From the NCBI GenBank assembly GCA_000165425.1, contig CT868073.1:1-64000 (forward strand): a DNA stretch of 64,000 bases, read 5' to 3'. Below the pieces are notes generated by a model. That model worked only from the letters and a program-made list of their open reading frames with translations, had not been told where the DNA came from and ran no database searches. Positions 52,821 to 64,000 of this stretch are shown one piece after another. Within the stretch, counting starts at the first letter, position 1. Every line of letters starts with the position of its first letter. Source of the DNA: Paramecium tetraurelia (lineage: Eukaryota). Position numbers and translations under genes: made by a program.

Positions 52821-52959
52821 TTATGATAATATTAGTTTAAATTAATAAAGATTCTTCTGTTTATCTGAGTAAAATTCTAAATTACAATTAAAAGAATTTA
52901 GAGAATGAACACAGTGTTATTAATTTTTATAATATAAATAATTTAAATTCAAAATTGAA

Positions 52960-54292
52960 ATGAACTTTAGTGAAATATTTCCAGGAGTGATATTTGCATA
53001 ATTTGCACCCAACAGCAAGTTTATTGTTTTGAGTAATGGAACAAGAGTAATTGTAAAAGAAACAGATTAATTATAATCGATCAATTTTACTCATTCATAA
53101 ATTAATGATGCTTAAATACAATAAATAGAAATATCACCAAATAGCGAATTAATAGCATTAAGTTATCCAAAAAAGGGATATATAGAAATAAGGAAAATAG
53201 ATGATATTAATTGGTGTGCAAAGATAGATGATAGTATTGAAACTATTTAATGGTGTCCAGATTCTATTTAATTAGCAGTCATTAGTGAATTTTAAGTAAA
53301 AATAAATTAAATTGAATTAGATTAAAGCCACAATTTATAATCTAAATAACAAAAATGTTACTCATTTTAAAAATCCAAAATAAATTTCATTTAGTAAGAA
53401 TGGAAGATTTATGGTTATGAGTGAAAGAAAAGATGCTAAAGATTTTATTGGTATCTACAGTGTGAGAGATTGGAAATTATTAAATTATCAACCATCTGAT
53501 ACTTTAGATATTGCAGTATTGCAATGGTCCCATAATGATTCATTCATTGGGGTTTAAGACACTGAATTAAATGTAATTCATTAGATAAAAATGTTTTAGT
53601 TTAGATTGAATATTCATTGTCCTTGTTAAGGTCTATAAATGAAATTTGAACCTTATTCATATTCTTTAGGCATAAAGGTAAGTAGATTTGCAAACCAAAG
53701 TGACTTGATGGCGGTTGGAGCAAATGATGAGAAATTAAGAATCATAAATCTATTGACACTGAAATAAATAACAGAATTAGAACATAAGATTACAAAAGAT
53801 GTCCTCATCTATAAAGAAGAGGAGTATTCTGATTAATATTCATAGAGAGTAGTTACAAAATGTATTATTCTAATGTGATAAATAGTTACTCAAATGGAAT
53901 AGGGCTGTAAAATAAATTTATCAAAAACTCAAAATGGTATTAGTTTATTGGAATGGAGTTATAAGGATGATTATATTGCCACTAAATTTGATGGGATGCA
54001 AAATTGTGTATTCATTTGGGACATGGAATTATTGACCTTAAAAGCTATAATGGTTTAAATATTACCTGTTAAATCTTTTACATGGTCGAAGAATTCTACC
54101 ACTCTAACAGTTTGTACTGGAAGTAGCAAGATATTCTTTTGGAATCCATCGTGTACATCTGCTTGTGATATGCCATTCGATAAGAACTTCCATGTTGTAA
54201 AAATAGATTGGAGCACTGATTAAAAAAGTATGTTGCTTTTTGATAAATCTGATGTTGTTGTTGCCTATCCAACTCTAGATGATAGTTTTTGA
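52960..54292 (+). CDS. WRAP73: WD repeat protein WRAP73/WDR8 homolog
   Basis: N-terminus MNFSEIF..FAPNSKFI; WCAKIDD; FSKNGRFMVMSERKDAKDFIGIY; YSLGIK. Confidence 0.85.
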
Positions 54293-54443
54293 TTAATTAA
54301 TTATATTAACTCATCAAATATTTGTTAATATTATAATATGATATATTATGCCATTGTTAAATGAAAATAAAAGACTATATTTAATATTTGAAAATGAGCA
54401 AAACTCTATTCATAAGAAATTAAATAACAATTATTATTTGTAA

Positions 54444-54680
54444 TCAAATAAGCAAACAGCATTCATCTGCTACTTCTGTTTCAGGTGAAACATAATTATA
54501 TTTTTTCCAGCATTCTACTTCAATTACTGTTTGAACAGCTTTCCCTTTCTCTATTTCATCTATAAATGTAATTTTGTGTTTCTTAACTCCTTTCATTATT
54601 TCAGTGCCTGCTTTGTCCTGTCTTTTTATTTTCTGAACTACTATCTAATCTTAATTCACAATATTATTTGTTAATTCCAT
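54444..54680 (-). CDS. Small 78-aa protein with RVxF-like KITF motif and CaaX end
   Basis: MELTNNIV..RQDKAGTEIMKGVKKHKITFIDE..VIEVECWKKYN..DECCLLI-TGA. Confidence 0.8.
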
Positions 54681-55218
54681 ACTATTATAAATATGAACAA
54701 ATCCTACTCAAAAAACCCAAGATCATTCCTCCAAAACTCAATTTTTCAATCAACATATTCTCCAAATATACATAATTTATCGTCTTACAGAATTCATAAG
54801 ATTGAAAAACCACATAGTAATCGATACAAAAACTGAAGATTTCACTAAAATAAATAAAAAAAACCATAATTTCTATCAAATATTCTGTTTCTCTTGTTAA
54901 CAAAGTACTTATATCCCAAAAACATGAGTTCTTTATACTAAACTTCTAATAAAATAGAATAATTCAAACAAGGCAATTAGATGGTATATTTAAAAATAGA
55001 AATTAATTATAATTTGACAGCAGAACGATGTTATATTATAAAATACAGAAATATTTTTAACTGTTGTTGTAGTAAATGAACTTTAAAGATAGAATAGAAT
55101 AATTTGGGATAATATTAATATCTATAAAGTAAATAATTCTAAATAGAAGAAGAAATAGAAGCTCGAATATTCCATTTATAATCATGCTTTGTTAATTGAT
55201 AATATTTGAACATATAGT

Positions 55219-55703
55219 TCATTTTTTCTTATTGCTTTTAAACATGTTTTAGACTGGATCATATGGATCAGGTTCTGGTTTCCATCCTTTTTGATATTTC
55301 CATGTTTTTGGAATTTTTCTATCTTAAGGTTTCAAGTCTTTGTTCCTTTATTTATTATTTTGATCTGTCTAAAACTTCTCCAAGGCATCTCCTTTGCCAT
55401 AGGTTCTGTTAATTGTAATTTTATTTGGGTCAACTTATATTTTTTCAATTTCCTTTTGATAATATAAATTGGAAATACTTGTTACAGATTTTTAATTTAT
55501 TCATCAATATTATAAGGTTTAGTAGCATCTTCCAATTTGAGATTCTCTGAATTGCCTGCTAAGAATCCCCAATCTCTATTCCAAGCAGCTGTGCATGTTA
55601 ATTCATTATTAACTCTTCCTATCCAATTTCTATCATCTGCAACTGGATCTCCAGTTGACACAAATTTTCCTCCTGCTTACTTTTACTACACTTGTTTAGG
55701 CAT
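55219..55703 (-). CDS. C20orf85/C2orf50-like putative ciliary microtubule inner protein
   Basis: DDRNWIGRVNNELTCTAAWNRDWGFL matches the D..W...E......W...WGFL pattern recalled for this family; one intron. Confidence 0.65.
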
Positions 55704-55863
55704 GAAATTTATTTGATATAAATAATAATTAATTAAGTTACATTAAAAGATAGCATATAAACATATATATCGAAATCTGTATCGTTATTATTAATTATAA
55801 GAATAAATACTTAAGATGATAAAAACAAAAAGGAGTTCATTAATATTATAATGGTTGTATGTT

Positions 55864-56316
55864 TCATCTTTTTTTATTGGAAAATCTCTCAAGCACTTTA
55901 TTCAATGAATCTTAATGCATTCTAACTTTAGGAGTGACTGTGAGTAATTAACTCATATTTATTATAGTATATTTCGGTTTCTTTTTAATTGGAGATTGAG
56001 AAATATTTTTTTATCTTTGTTGATCTTCTTGAGTCAATGTTGGAGTGAATTTAAATCGAATTCGAGTCTTAGTAGTAGAAGGAGTGTAAAAGTTAGCACT
56101 AAAAGAACCCATCTAATAAGCTTAACTTTGAGTAGGTCTATGATGATGAAGAGAGTTGATTGACTGGTTAAACTATTTTGGTTATGATAAAGTTCTTATT
56201 CGATGACTACTGTTTTCGGAGATTCTTTTTTCCAATTTAGGTAAATAACCTGTAAATAGAGTATCTAAATAACACTACTCTTCGATATCCCATCCTGAGT
56301 TATCACATAAATTCAT
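55864..56316 (-). CDS. Hypothetical 150-aa basic protein
   Basis: Intact code-6 frame MNLCDNSGWDIEEQCYL...VLERFSNKKR-TGA. Confidence 0.7.
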
Positions 56317-56470
56317 TTTAAATATATAATTTAATAAGTTTCTTAAAATTAAGTTGCAAATCATGATATTCCTATTTTACTCTTAATCCTCTAAATTGAT
56401 ATTGATGATATCACATATTTATCATTATATAAGACATAATAATAATTGAATAATAAAATTAAAAACTATA

Positions 56471-57732
56471 ATGAAATAATCCACAAAAAAAGAAAGAAGA
56501 GGCTCTTTTGATTCCTTGCTTTCCTCCTCAATTTTCTAATCTAATTTTTTAGCAATTGATATCAAGAAATAAATAGATGATGAATTAGTAAATTATTAAG
56601 GAGATGAAGAACTTGCCATATCAGAAAAATGTATAACTCTATCCTTTATATTAGAACCAAAATATCCGCCAATACCTTTGTTGAATAATGAATAATTACT
56701 TAAACTAAGCAAAAAAAAGAATTTGGGAGATGAAGAAAAATTATAAATAGCTGCAACTTTAATACAATAGAGAGGCCTCAAATATCTGGAGTATGTCAAC
56801 CCATATTATTAATTAGACGAAGAGCTATTTGGATGAATTTCATTGAAAAAGGGGATGCCAAAAAGTATTTCTCTAAGTAACCTCCTTAAAATGTGTAACT
56901 ACAGATAAGCAAAGATCTCAACAGGTCTGGACATGATGATAAAATGAATACCAATAAATTCACTCATATATTAGGTCGAATTTTAGGGGCTTATGCAATA
57001 TATAATCCAAAAATAGGATATACATAAGGAATGAATATTATTTGTGGGAATGTTATTCTATTATTAAGTATTGATGGAAATGATAGACAGTTGGAATTGG
57101 ATAATTTTGAAGTAATAGAAGATGAAGAAGAAATGTTTTGGATGTTTGTTCATTTAATGAAATCAATGGAGAATCTCTTTATTTCAGGAGTGCCAGGCAT
57201 TCATAGTAGAATAGAAGAATTAGAATTAATGCTCTAAAGTCGTTGTAATGAAATACTTCTACATTTGTAAAGTAACAATATTGTATGAATATGATCATTT
57301 ATCTAGAATAACTTATGCTAATGTTTTAGTTAATATTATTTTACAATGCTAATGTAAAAACAAGAAAAGAAGTTCGTAAGATTAATACTAGAAATGCACT
57401 TATTATATGGAGAACCATTTATTTAAAATTTCATAGTTGGAACCCTATAGTTTTATTAACTTAAAATTACAAACATGAATGAATTAGAAAAATTAATGCC
57501 ATTTTTTAGAGATACAATGTTTGCTTCCTATTATTAAGAATTGAAAAAATTAAAAAAACAAAATTTAATTATCTAACATTTTCAATAGAATCACTATTTT
57601 GATAAGGTACCATATTTAGGTAATTCTTCAAATCAACCCACCATTGAAAAGAAAGGAAAGAAGTAATTATTCTAAGAAAAAATCTTAAATTTACTTAGTA
57701 AAAATTGGTTGAAAAAATTCCTTGGTTAATGA
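56471..57732 (+). CDS. TBC-domain Rab GTPase-activating protein
   Basis: Arg finger QISKDLNRS and Gln finger IGYTQGMNIICG; EEEMFWMF. Confidence 0.88.
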
Positions 57733-57767
57733 TTTATATATATATATATACTCAAATATTTTATACA

Positions 57768-58568
57768 TCAACCTAAACGTATACCTTATCCTTAAAAGAA
57801 CTGTCTTTAAGGTTGCTGGAATTACTATTAATTAAATCTGTTTCTTGCAAAAGGAGCATATTTTACAATGTGCTTATTCACAAAGTTCTTACTAGCAAAT
57901 TACTATGAATTGTTACAAAAATTGAGGTGTTTCCAACAAGGAGATGTTTTTGGTGACTGGTAGAAAGTCTTTTAATAATAAATATGAATGTGCTATTCCT
58001 AAACCTATAAGATCCTAGACTACGTCTTGATCAGTTATAGCATCAAAAGCAATCAGGACCCATGGAAAATATTCACTTTTGAATTAAAATCCAAAGTAAA
58101 ATCTCACAGTTTCAAATGGTTTTCTCTTGCACCAAACATAGATCAATGCAAAACAAAATGCTCCAGATAAAAATCCGTAATCGAATATCCAACTCATTAT
58201 CTACATAATCAAATGAATTACATCTCCTGTTATAAAAAAGTAAAGAATCATATAGTAGAAATCTGCATAGTTGGATCCTTCGAACATTACTTCACAGTTT
58301 TTTATACAAAAGATTATAAACAACAGATGCAGGATAAAACTAAAACTTAATGTACCGTTGAAAAAGTAATGAGTAAATAATCTATGGATCTACACAATTC
58401 GATGATAATTAATACTTAAAGACTGAATATTTTCTTAGCATCGAACATTAGATACCACAAATAAGCTGGCTTGAATTTTCCTATGATTCCAAACAACACC
58501 AATACACTCACATATGTTCTTGTAAAAAGAGGCTAATTTGTATACCAACTGTTGAAATCGTTGATCAT
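57768..58568 (-). CDS. Derlin (Der1-like ERAD membrane protein)
   Basis: PLFTRTY, IHRLFTHYFF, ALIYVWCKRKP, YFPWVL, DLIGLGIAHSY; C-terminal SHP-like box SFQGQGIRLG. Confidence 0.92.
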
Positions 58569-58964
58569 TGTTGACGTGTAATATTATTATAAGTTAAAGA
58601 AATTAATTAAAGAATATTCTCTTTTAATTATACACAACTATTCTATCATTAAATTACGAATCAATTATTTAAAATAATAAGTCTTACAAGTTCATTATAT
58701 ATATATATTAAATTAGTTAAATAGAATAGAAATCAGGTACAAACCTAAATCTGTAGTATAAATTAGTTTAAATGATAAATAATCTATAATAAAACCCTAT
58801 TCGATATGCAGTGAAGTAACTATAATTATTTAATTAATTTTTAACTTATTTAATATTATTATAAAAAATAATGGAATTTCCTTAACCAATAACTTATTGA
58901 TATCTCTAATTCATTTTTAAACCTACTAGAATATAATAATTGTTACTAAAAGAATATCAATATA

Positions 58965-59047
58965 GCACACATGCCCGAGTGGTCTAAGGGGCCGCACTCA
59001 AGATGCGGTGAGTCATTCTCGCGTGAGTTCAAATCTCACTGTGTGCA
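58965..59047 (+). tRNA. tRNA-Leu (anticodon CAA)
   Basis: Acceptor GCACACA/TGTGTGC, D-loop CGAGTGGTCTAAGG, anticodon stem CCGCA-CTCAAGA-TGCGG, long variable arm, T-loop TTCAAAT, discriminator A, then a T-run Pol III terminator. Confidence 0.96.
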
Positions 59048-59243
59048 GTTTTTTAATTTTTTAATTTTAATAGTTTGTATATTAGGAATAATCCCGATCA
59101 ACATTTTAAACCAAAATTATTTATATTTAAGGTATATATTAAATAAGAGAATATTAACAAAATTTGAGAATTTCTTATACATCCAAAAATTAAGACTCCA
59201 AATAAGTATAATTGTTTAAATTTATAAATTAATAAAAATGAAA

Positions 59244-62200
59244 TCATTATATAGGCTTCAAATCAAATGCTAGTGTCATAAGAGCATGGTTTTAGAGTTT
59301 GGTTTTATCTATTGGAGGCTTTTAAAAAGGTAGATTCAAAGTAGGTAAGGAATATCTACCATACTTAATTAAATCATGTACAAACCATGTGACTTTATCT
59401 TTTTTAGTTGAGAAATACAATAGTAATTAACAAGCTTGTTTAGTAATTCCTTGATTCTTTTCACTATTAAAATCAATTTCAAATTCAATTTTTTCATCTT
59501 CAAACAGAATTGCTCCTTTTTGGCTCTCAAATGTTTAATCTATTTTATATTTACAAGGTTCATCATTCACATCATAGACAACCTTATCTTTACAACAGAT
59601 AGCCACATCCACTATATATTCATCATCTCTAATCACTCCATTAAGCATTTCCAGCTAGATGACTACTTTCTGAGCATAACCCTAATCAACTGATTTGTCT
59701 TGAGACTTATTAAAAATGCTTGGGATTGGTCCTTAGGATCTGCTAGACTTATTTAGATTTGACATTTTAGATTGATCTAATTTTGATTAATTACTTAAGC
59801 TAATATATGTATCATATATTTGCAATTATTCAGCTTTTTATTCAGTTGTCATAATAATAAAATCTACTTCAATTTCTTATTTCTTCATAGTTTCTGGATT
59901 AAAAGGAGGCGATTATCCTGGAGGAGCCAATAAATTGCATGAATAAGCCCCTAATTTCATTTTGTAATCATTTTATGCATTATCAAGATAAAATAATGGA
60001 GTGGCTAGCCAACCAAATAGATCTTTTTAATTAATGAATAAACCCATAAATAACATAACATCATCTCCTCTGTAATTATACAACCAATCTAGGGATAATG
60101 TAAACTCGTGTTTTGTTTTGAATTCAATTTCCTTCTCGCCATTTGTTTTAGTTGGTTCTAATTATAAGACAGCCATCTATGGCTACTATTCAAAATCTTC
60201 TAATATCTTGGACCCATTAAAAACACCCAACTTTAATTTAATCGGAGCTGTTTTGTATTCATTAGTAGGTAATTTAGCCAATTTAATTAATCTAAATGTT
60301 AATTTTGCATCTCCGAATTAACTTTTCTATCTATTAGTTTATGATCCAGGAGTTGGAGTTGTATTTTTCGACTAATTTTTAGAACCTCGATTTGAGAATC
60401 TGGTTTTCATTTTAGTGGTTGCTCCTCCACTTTTTGTTACGGGACTATCAGCTGATTGATTAGTATAGGATAGTTATGAGATATTTTATTTAAAAGTTTA
60501 ATTTGATAGACCTAAATCAACTGGTGGAATGTCTTTCTTTTTCTCAAACTTCTTGGATTCATTCAAATAGACATCTTAAATTTCAGCAAGAGATGCTGCA
60601 TGTGCAGTAGTATGAATATGCATATCAGGCATGTCATATTCACTTTCTATTACAATAATATCATTGGAATCTAAGATTGGGTCTCCAGGAAGACAAATTC
60701 TACCATAAACCAAAGTATTGTTAACATATGGTAATGCTTGAGTGAATAAGAAATTCGGATTTAATTTTTGACTATAAAATGGAATTCGAAATCTTCCGAT
60801 AAGTAATTTACCTTCATCCTAAAATAATCTGATCATTGACCATCCTATAACTTCAGGTATATTGGACTAATAGCCCCATAATTCAACAAACACATATGTG
60901 TCAGGATAGGCTTCTAAATCTCTAATTATATCCCTATCAAAGAATACTGCTTTATTAGTTCTATAAGTTTCAAAAGCTGTTAGAGAATCTTTCGTTTGTT
61001 TATATGGGTACATATCTGAACCTTTTCTAAATATTCCATAATTTATTCTTAAAGTATGAAATTGAATTTCAACCATCGATGCATAATCAAAAAAGAGTAC
61101 AAATCCTTCACTTGCTGCATAATGAACTGCCCTATTGGATCTATCAAATAAATTAACTTATTATTTTATTAGTTTTTTTCTATATTCCTTGTCCTTATTG
61201 ATTGCATCAGAAACTCTTTTGTCAAAGACAGCCTTTTCTATCAAGTTTCTTAACTTTTATAATTCCTTGTAATTATCCATTAATCTTTAATGGTCAGCTG
61301 ATCTTGGGTCTAATTTACTCATCATCAATAATAGTTCAGCTTCTTGATTTCTTAGATACTCTAAAGTCATATCATCTGCATTGTTAGGATCAATCTTCTT
61401 CTTCTCCTCAATTTTCATAGGCTGAGTTTGTAATTATAACTTATTCAATTCTTCTCTAAAGGACTACGGTAAATATTGATATATTGGATGAGTTGATAAG
61501 GAATTTGAGTTTATTTGATTGTTTTGTTGATAGATGGCTCCTTATTATTGGCGATGCAGATTTGGTTGTGAATAGGATACATTAGGAGCCATTGATACAT
61601 TAGGAGCCATTGGTTATTAGTATGAAGAATTTCTTTAATTTTAAGGAATATGGACATATTGAGGTTATTAAGGTAAATCATACTACGAACCATTTGCCTT
61701 TCTATTTATATTTCTTTCTAATTGAGAAAGATTCAATAAAAAATTAGGATCTACTCCTCCAGCCTTAACATAGTCTTTTCTTAATTAATCTATCTCATTT
61801 AAATAACTATCTTAATCAGTATTTGCTTTCTTATTATCATTAATTTATTCAAATGGTAAGACTAGCCTTGTATTACCTTTATTATACTCTTCTAATTATT
61901 CTCTGATTTTTGATAGATGTTCTAATTATTCCCTCTAAGTTTTACCAATACCTTATTTCAATAAATACCTAACTTCATTTGATGTATTATCCCCTGGGCC
62001 ACTATCTAATATGAAAAGATTCAAATACTCATAACTTCATCTAGATCTCGATGCAAAATATCATCTGCTTATCGTGCTTTTAAAAATTATAATCTTGCTT
62101 CATCCTTATTCAACTTTTATTTAGCTGCATCGAAATTCTGGTTTTTACTCACATCCATCAAAACCGATAGCCCTACACTAGATAAGGTATTTGGATTTTA

Positions 62201-62681
62201 TTATTCTCTATATACCTTTGCTTTTTCTGTCTACAGTTACTCATATTGTAATTTCATCTTCAAAATTTCTTCTCTTTTCTTATACATTTCTTGATTCGAT
62301 ATACCCTTAGTGTTCATCAATTTTTCATTCAAAATATACTATTCTCTATAATTTTATAGGTTCCTTAAGAATTGTTATTCCTTTCCATGAGTTGCTTATC
62401 TTTGAGACATCAGATTTTATAAATAATACTTCTTTTAAACTTATTCCGGAGTTAAGAATTTCATTCCTCCTCTATCCAATTAATTAATTTCTGCCTATAT
62501 TTTAGCCATATCTCTTTCATATTCTCCTTATATAATATGCAATCTTCCTTAATTACGACAATTACTTATTTAATAACGAAAACATCTCCTATGCTTCTTA
62601 ATCATGATTTGCTTATCTAATAGATAAATTACTCTTCTGATTTGCTTACTCTAATAAAGAATCGCTTAAAATTCTAGACAT
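59244..62681 (-). CDS. CCDC17-like coiled-coil protein with C-terminal C2-like regions
   Basis: N-terminal coiled coil; YAASEGFVLFFDY..VFVELW..GWSMIRLF..LLIGRFRIPF resembles the CCDC17 C-terminal block. Confidence 0.7.
61576..61611. repeat. Exact 18-nt tandem duplication within the CCDC17-like gene
   Basis: GATACATTAGGAGCCATT twice; frame-preserving (MAPNVS x2 on the minus strand). Confidence 0.9.
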
Positions 62682-62867
62682 TCTAATTAAAATTAATTGT
62701 TTATCTCGTAAAACAAATTTTATTATTTAATTAATAAAATAATACATATATTTTTATATAAAAAATAGTACAAAATTTACCTCTTAGGAATAAATTCTGA
62801 CCTTAATTTATGTACATCCATCCATTTAAAAACATTAGACTAGTTCTAGATATTTAATAATATTTTA

Positions 62868-64000
62868 ATGCAATAGAAAACAAATACAATTTGTTAATTA
62901 CCCTTAAGGCCGTAAAGAAGAGCAAATCTAGACAAAGATTTTAGGATTAAGACTGTTGAGTCTAATCATTTTGAACTTTAATTTTTAAAGGACGTGATAC
63001 TTCATATTTACAGTTTTGCAATCTAACCTGAACCTCCTTTGGATTCAGAAAAGGAAATTAGAAAATAATTTAATGAATTTAAAGATGAAATTCAAAAGGA
63101 AGGAATTAAAAGGTATTGTATCACAGGAATGAATCTTTGGAGCTATGAATTGAGAAAGAATGCCATTCATTTAGAAAAAGTTATGAATAAAGAAAAGAAG
63201 ATGATACTCGACATCAAATATGTTAAAACAATTAATTTAAAAGAGATGGCCTAGTTTGATGATTAATCATCAATAAATGTAACCAAATAAGCTATCAATG
63301 CTATACTTAAGTAGCTTTATGAATCTAGAAACATGAAAGAGTTGTTTGGAAAAGGTAAATTTTATGAATCCAAAATGAATGAAGAAAAAAACCTCTAAAA
63401 AAATTACAATATTGGCTACATGAAAGGTTTCAGGAGTGCATTTTGCAGCGGACAATCATCTCCTCTACTTTAAATAGATTATAGCGTAAAGTTAATCAAT
63501 ACATATCCCATATCTAGAATAATTTCAGATATGGAATGGAACTATGATAAACATGAATTATAACTACAAATAAGAAAAAAATTAATTGGATAATCTGGGC
63601 TTGCTAAATATTCGAATCGATTCTATAGAATTGATGATATAGATTTTTCTAGAAATCCATAATCCATGATGGAAGATGGAAAAACTACATACCGTTTATA
63701 TTATTAATAAAGATACAATATTACTATAAATGATATATCCTAACCTTTATTGGTCCATCAGACTAAAAAGGGATAAAAAATAAGATTGATTCCTGAATTA
63801 ATGATGTTAACTGGATTATCATAAGCACAAAAAACTAATACTAACATCAAAAAATTCCTTAGGCCTATATTAATTGTGAATTAAAACGAAAGATAATAAA
63901 GGATTATGGATGAGAGAGGTGAATTAGAGTATTTGATGAAGTAATAAAATATAGTTCTCAAATCTAATTCTAAAACATAAGCCTATGAAATAAGGAAGCC
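62868..64000 (+). CDS. PTIWI: Piwi-clade Argonaute (Ptiwi family), N and PAZ domains; 3' truncated by window
   Basis: VESNHF..YSFAIQPE (N domain); GFRSAF..LLQIDYSVKLI (L1); YSNRFYRIDDIDF..YYQQRYNITINDISQPLL..LIPELMMLTGL (PAZ). Confidence 0.93.

Noticed and set aside
58971..59219. 82-aa ORF in the track
   Set aside because: Overlaps the tRNA-Leu gene; spurious.
1..64000. Transposons, retained IESs, telomeric repeats, selenoprotein TGA readthrough
   Set aside because: No transposase/RT motifs, no C4A2/C3A3 tracts, no convincing TA-bounded insert interrupting a conserved gene, and no in-frame TGA at a conserved Cys position noticed by eye.

Overview
This is AT-rich, gene-dense eukaryotic DNA that reads as a ciliate macronuclear chromosome segment, most likely Paramecium. 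Long frames open only when TAA/TAG are read as Gln (code 6, TGA the only stop). Genes carry ~20-34 nt GT..AG introns and are often <100 bp apart, so the supplied standard-code ORF track is fragmented and often in the wrong frame or strand. Manual translation gives about 35 protein genes, including a Cys-rich repeat membrane protein, a P5 ATPase, a PDE, a GSK3-like kinase, ARMC9, two TMBIM/BI-1 proteins, eIF4A, a RING-YEATS fusion, a SET methyltransferase, a MORN protein, a Ulp1-like pseudo-protease, a hybrid histidine kinase, a stand-alone zf-PARP, WRAP73, a TBC GAP, Derlin, a CCDC17-like protein and the 5' part of a Piwi gene. There is also a U1 snRNA, a tRNA-Leu(CAA) and several decayed gene relics. 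The most notable observations are the RING-YEATS fusion, a tandem three-gene array built on an R-R-x-S-C-x-C-x-x-C-G motif, a Ulp1-fold protein with a displaced catalytic Cys, and TMBIM copies with altered di-aspartyl sites. I found no CRISPR, transposase or telomere. All calls come from hand translation and motif recall; no database search was run, exon boundaries are approximate and novelty is unverified.
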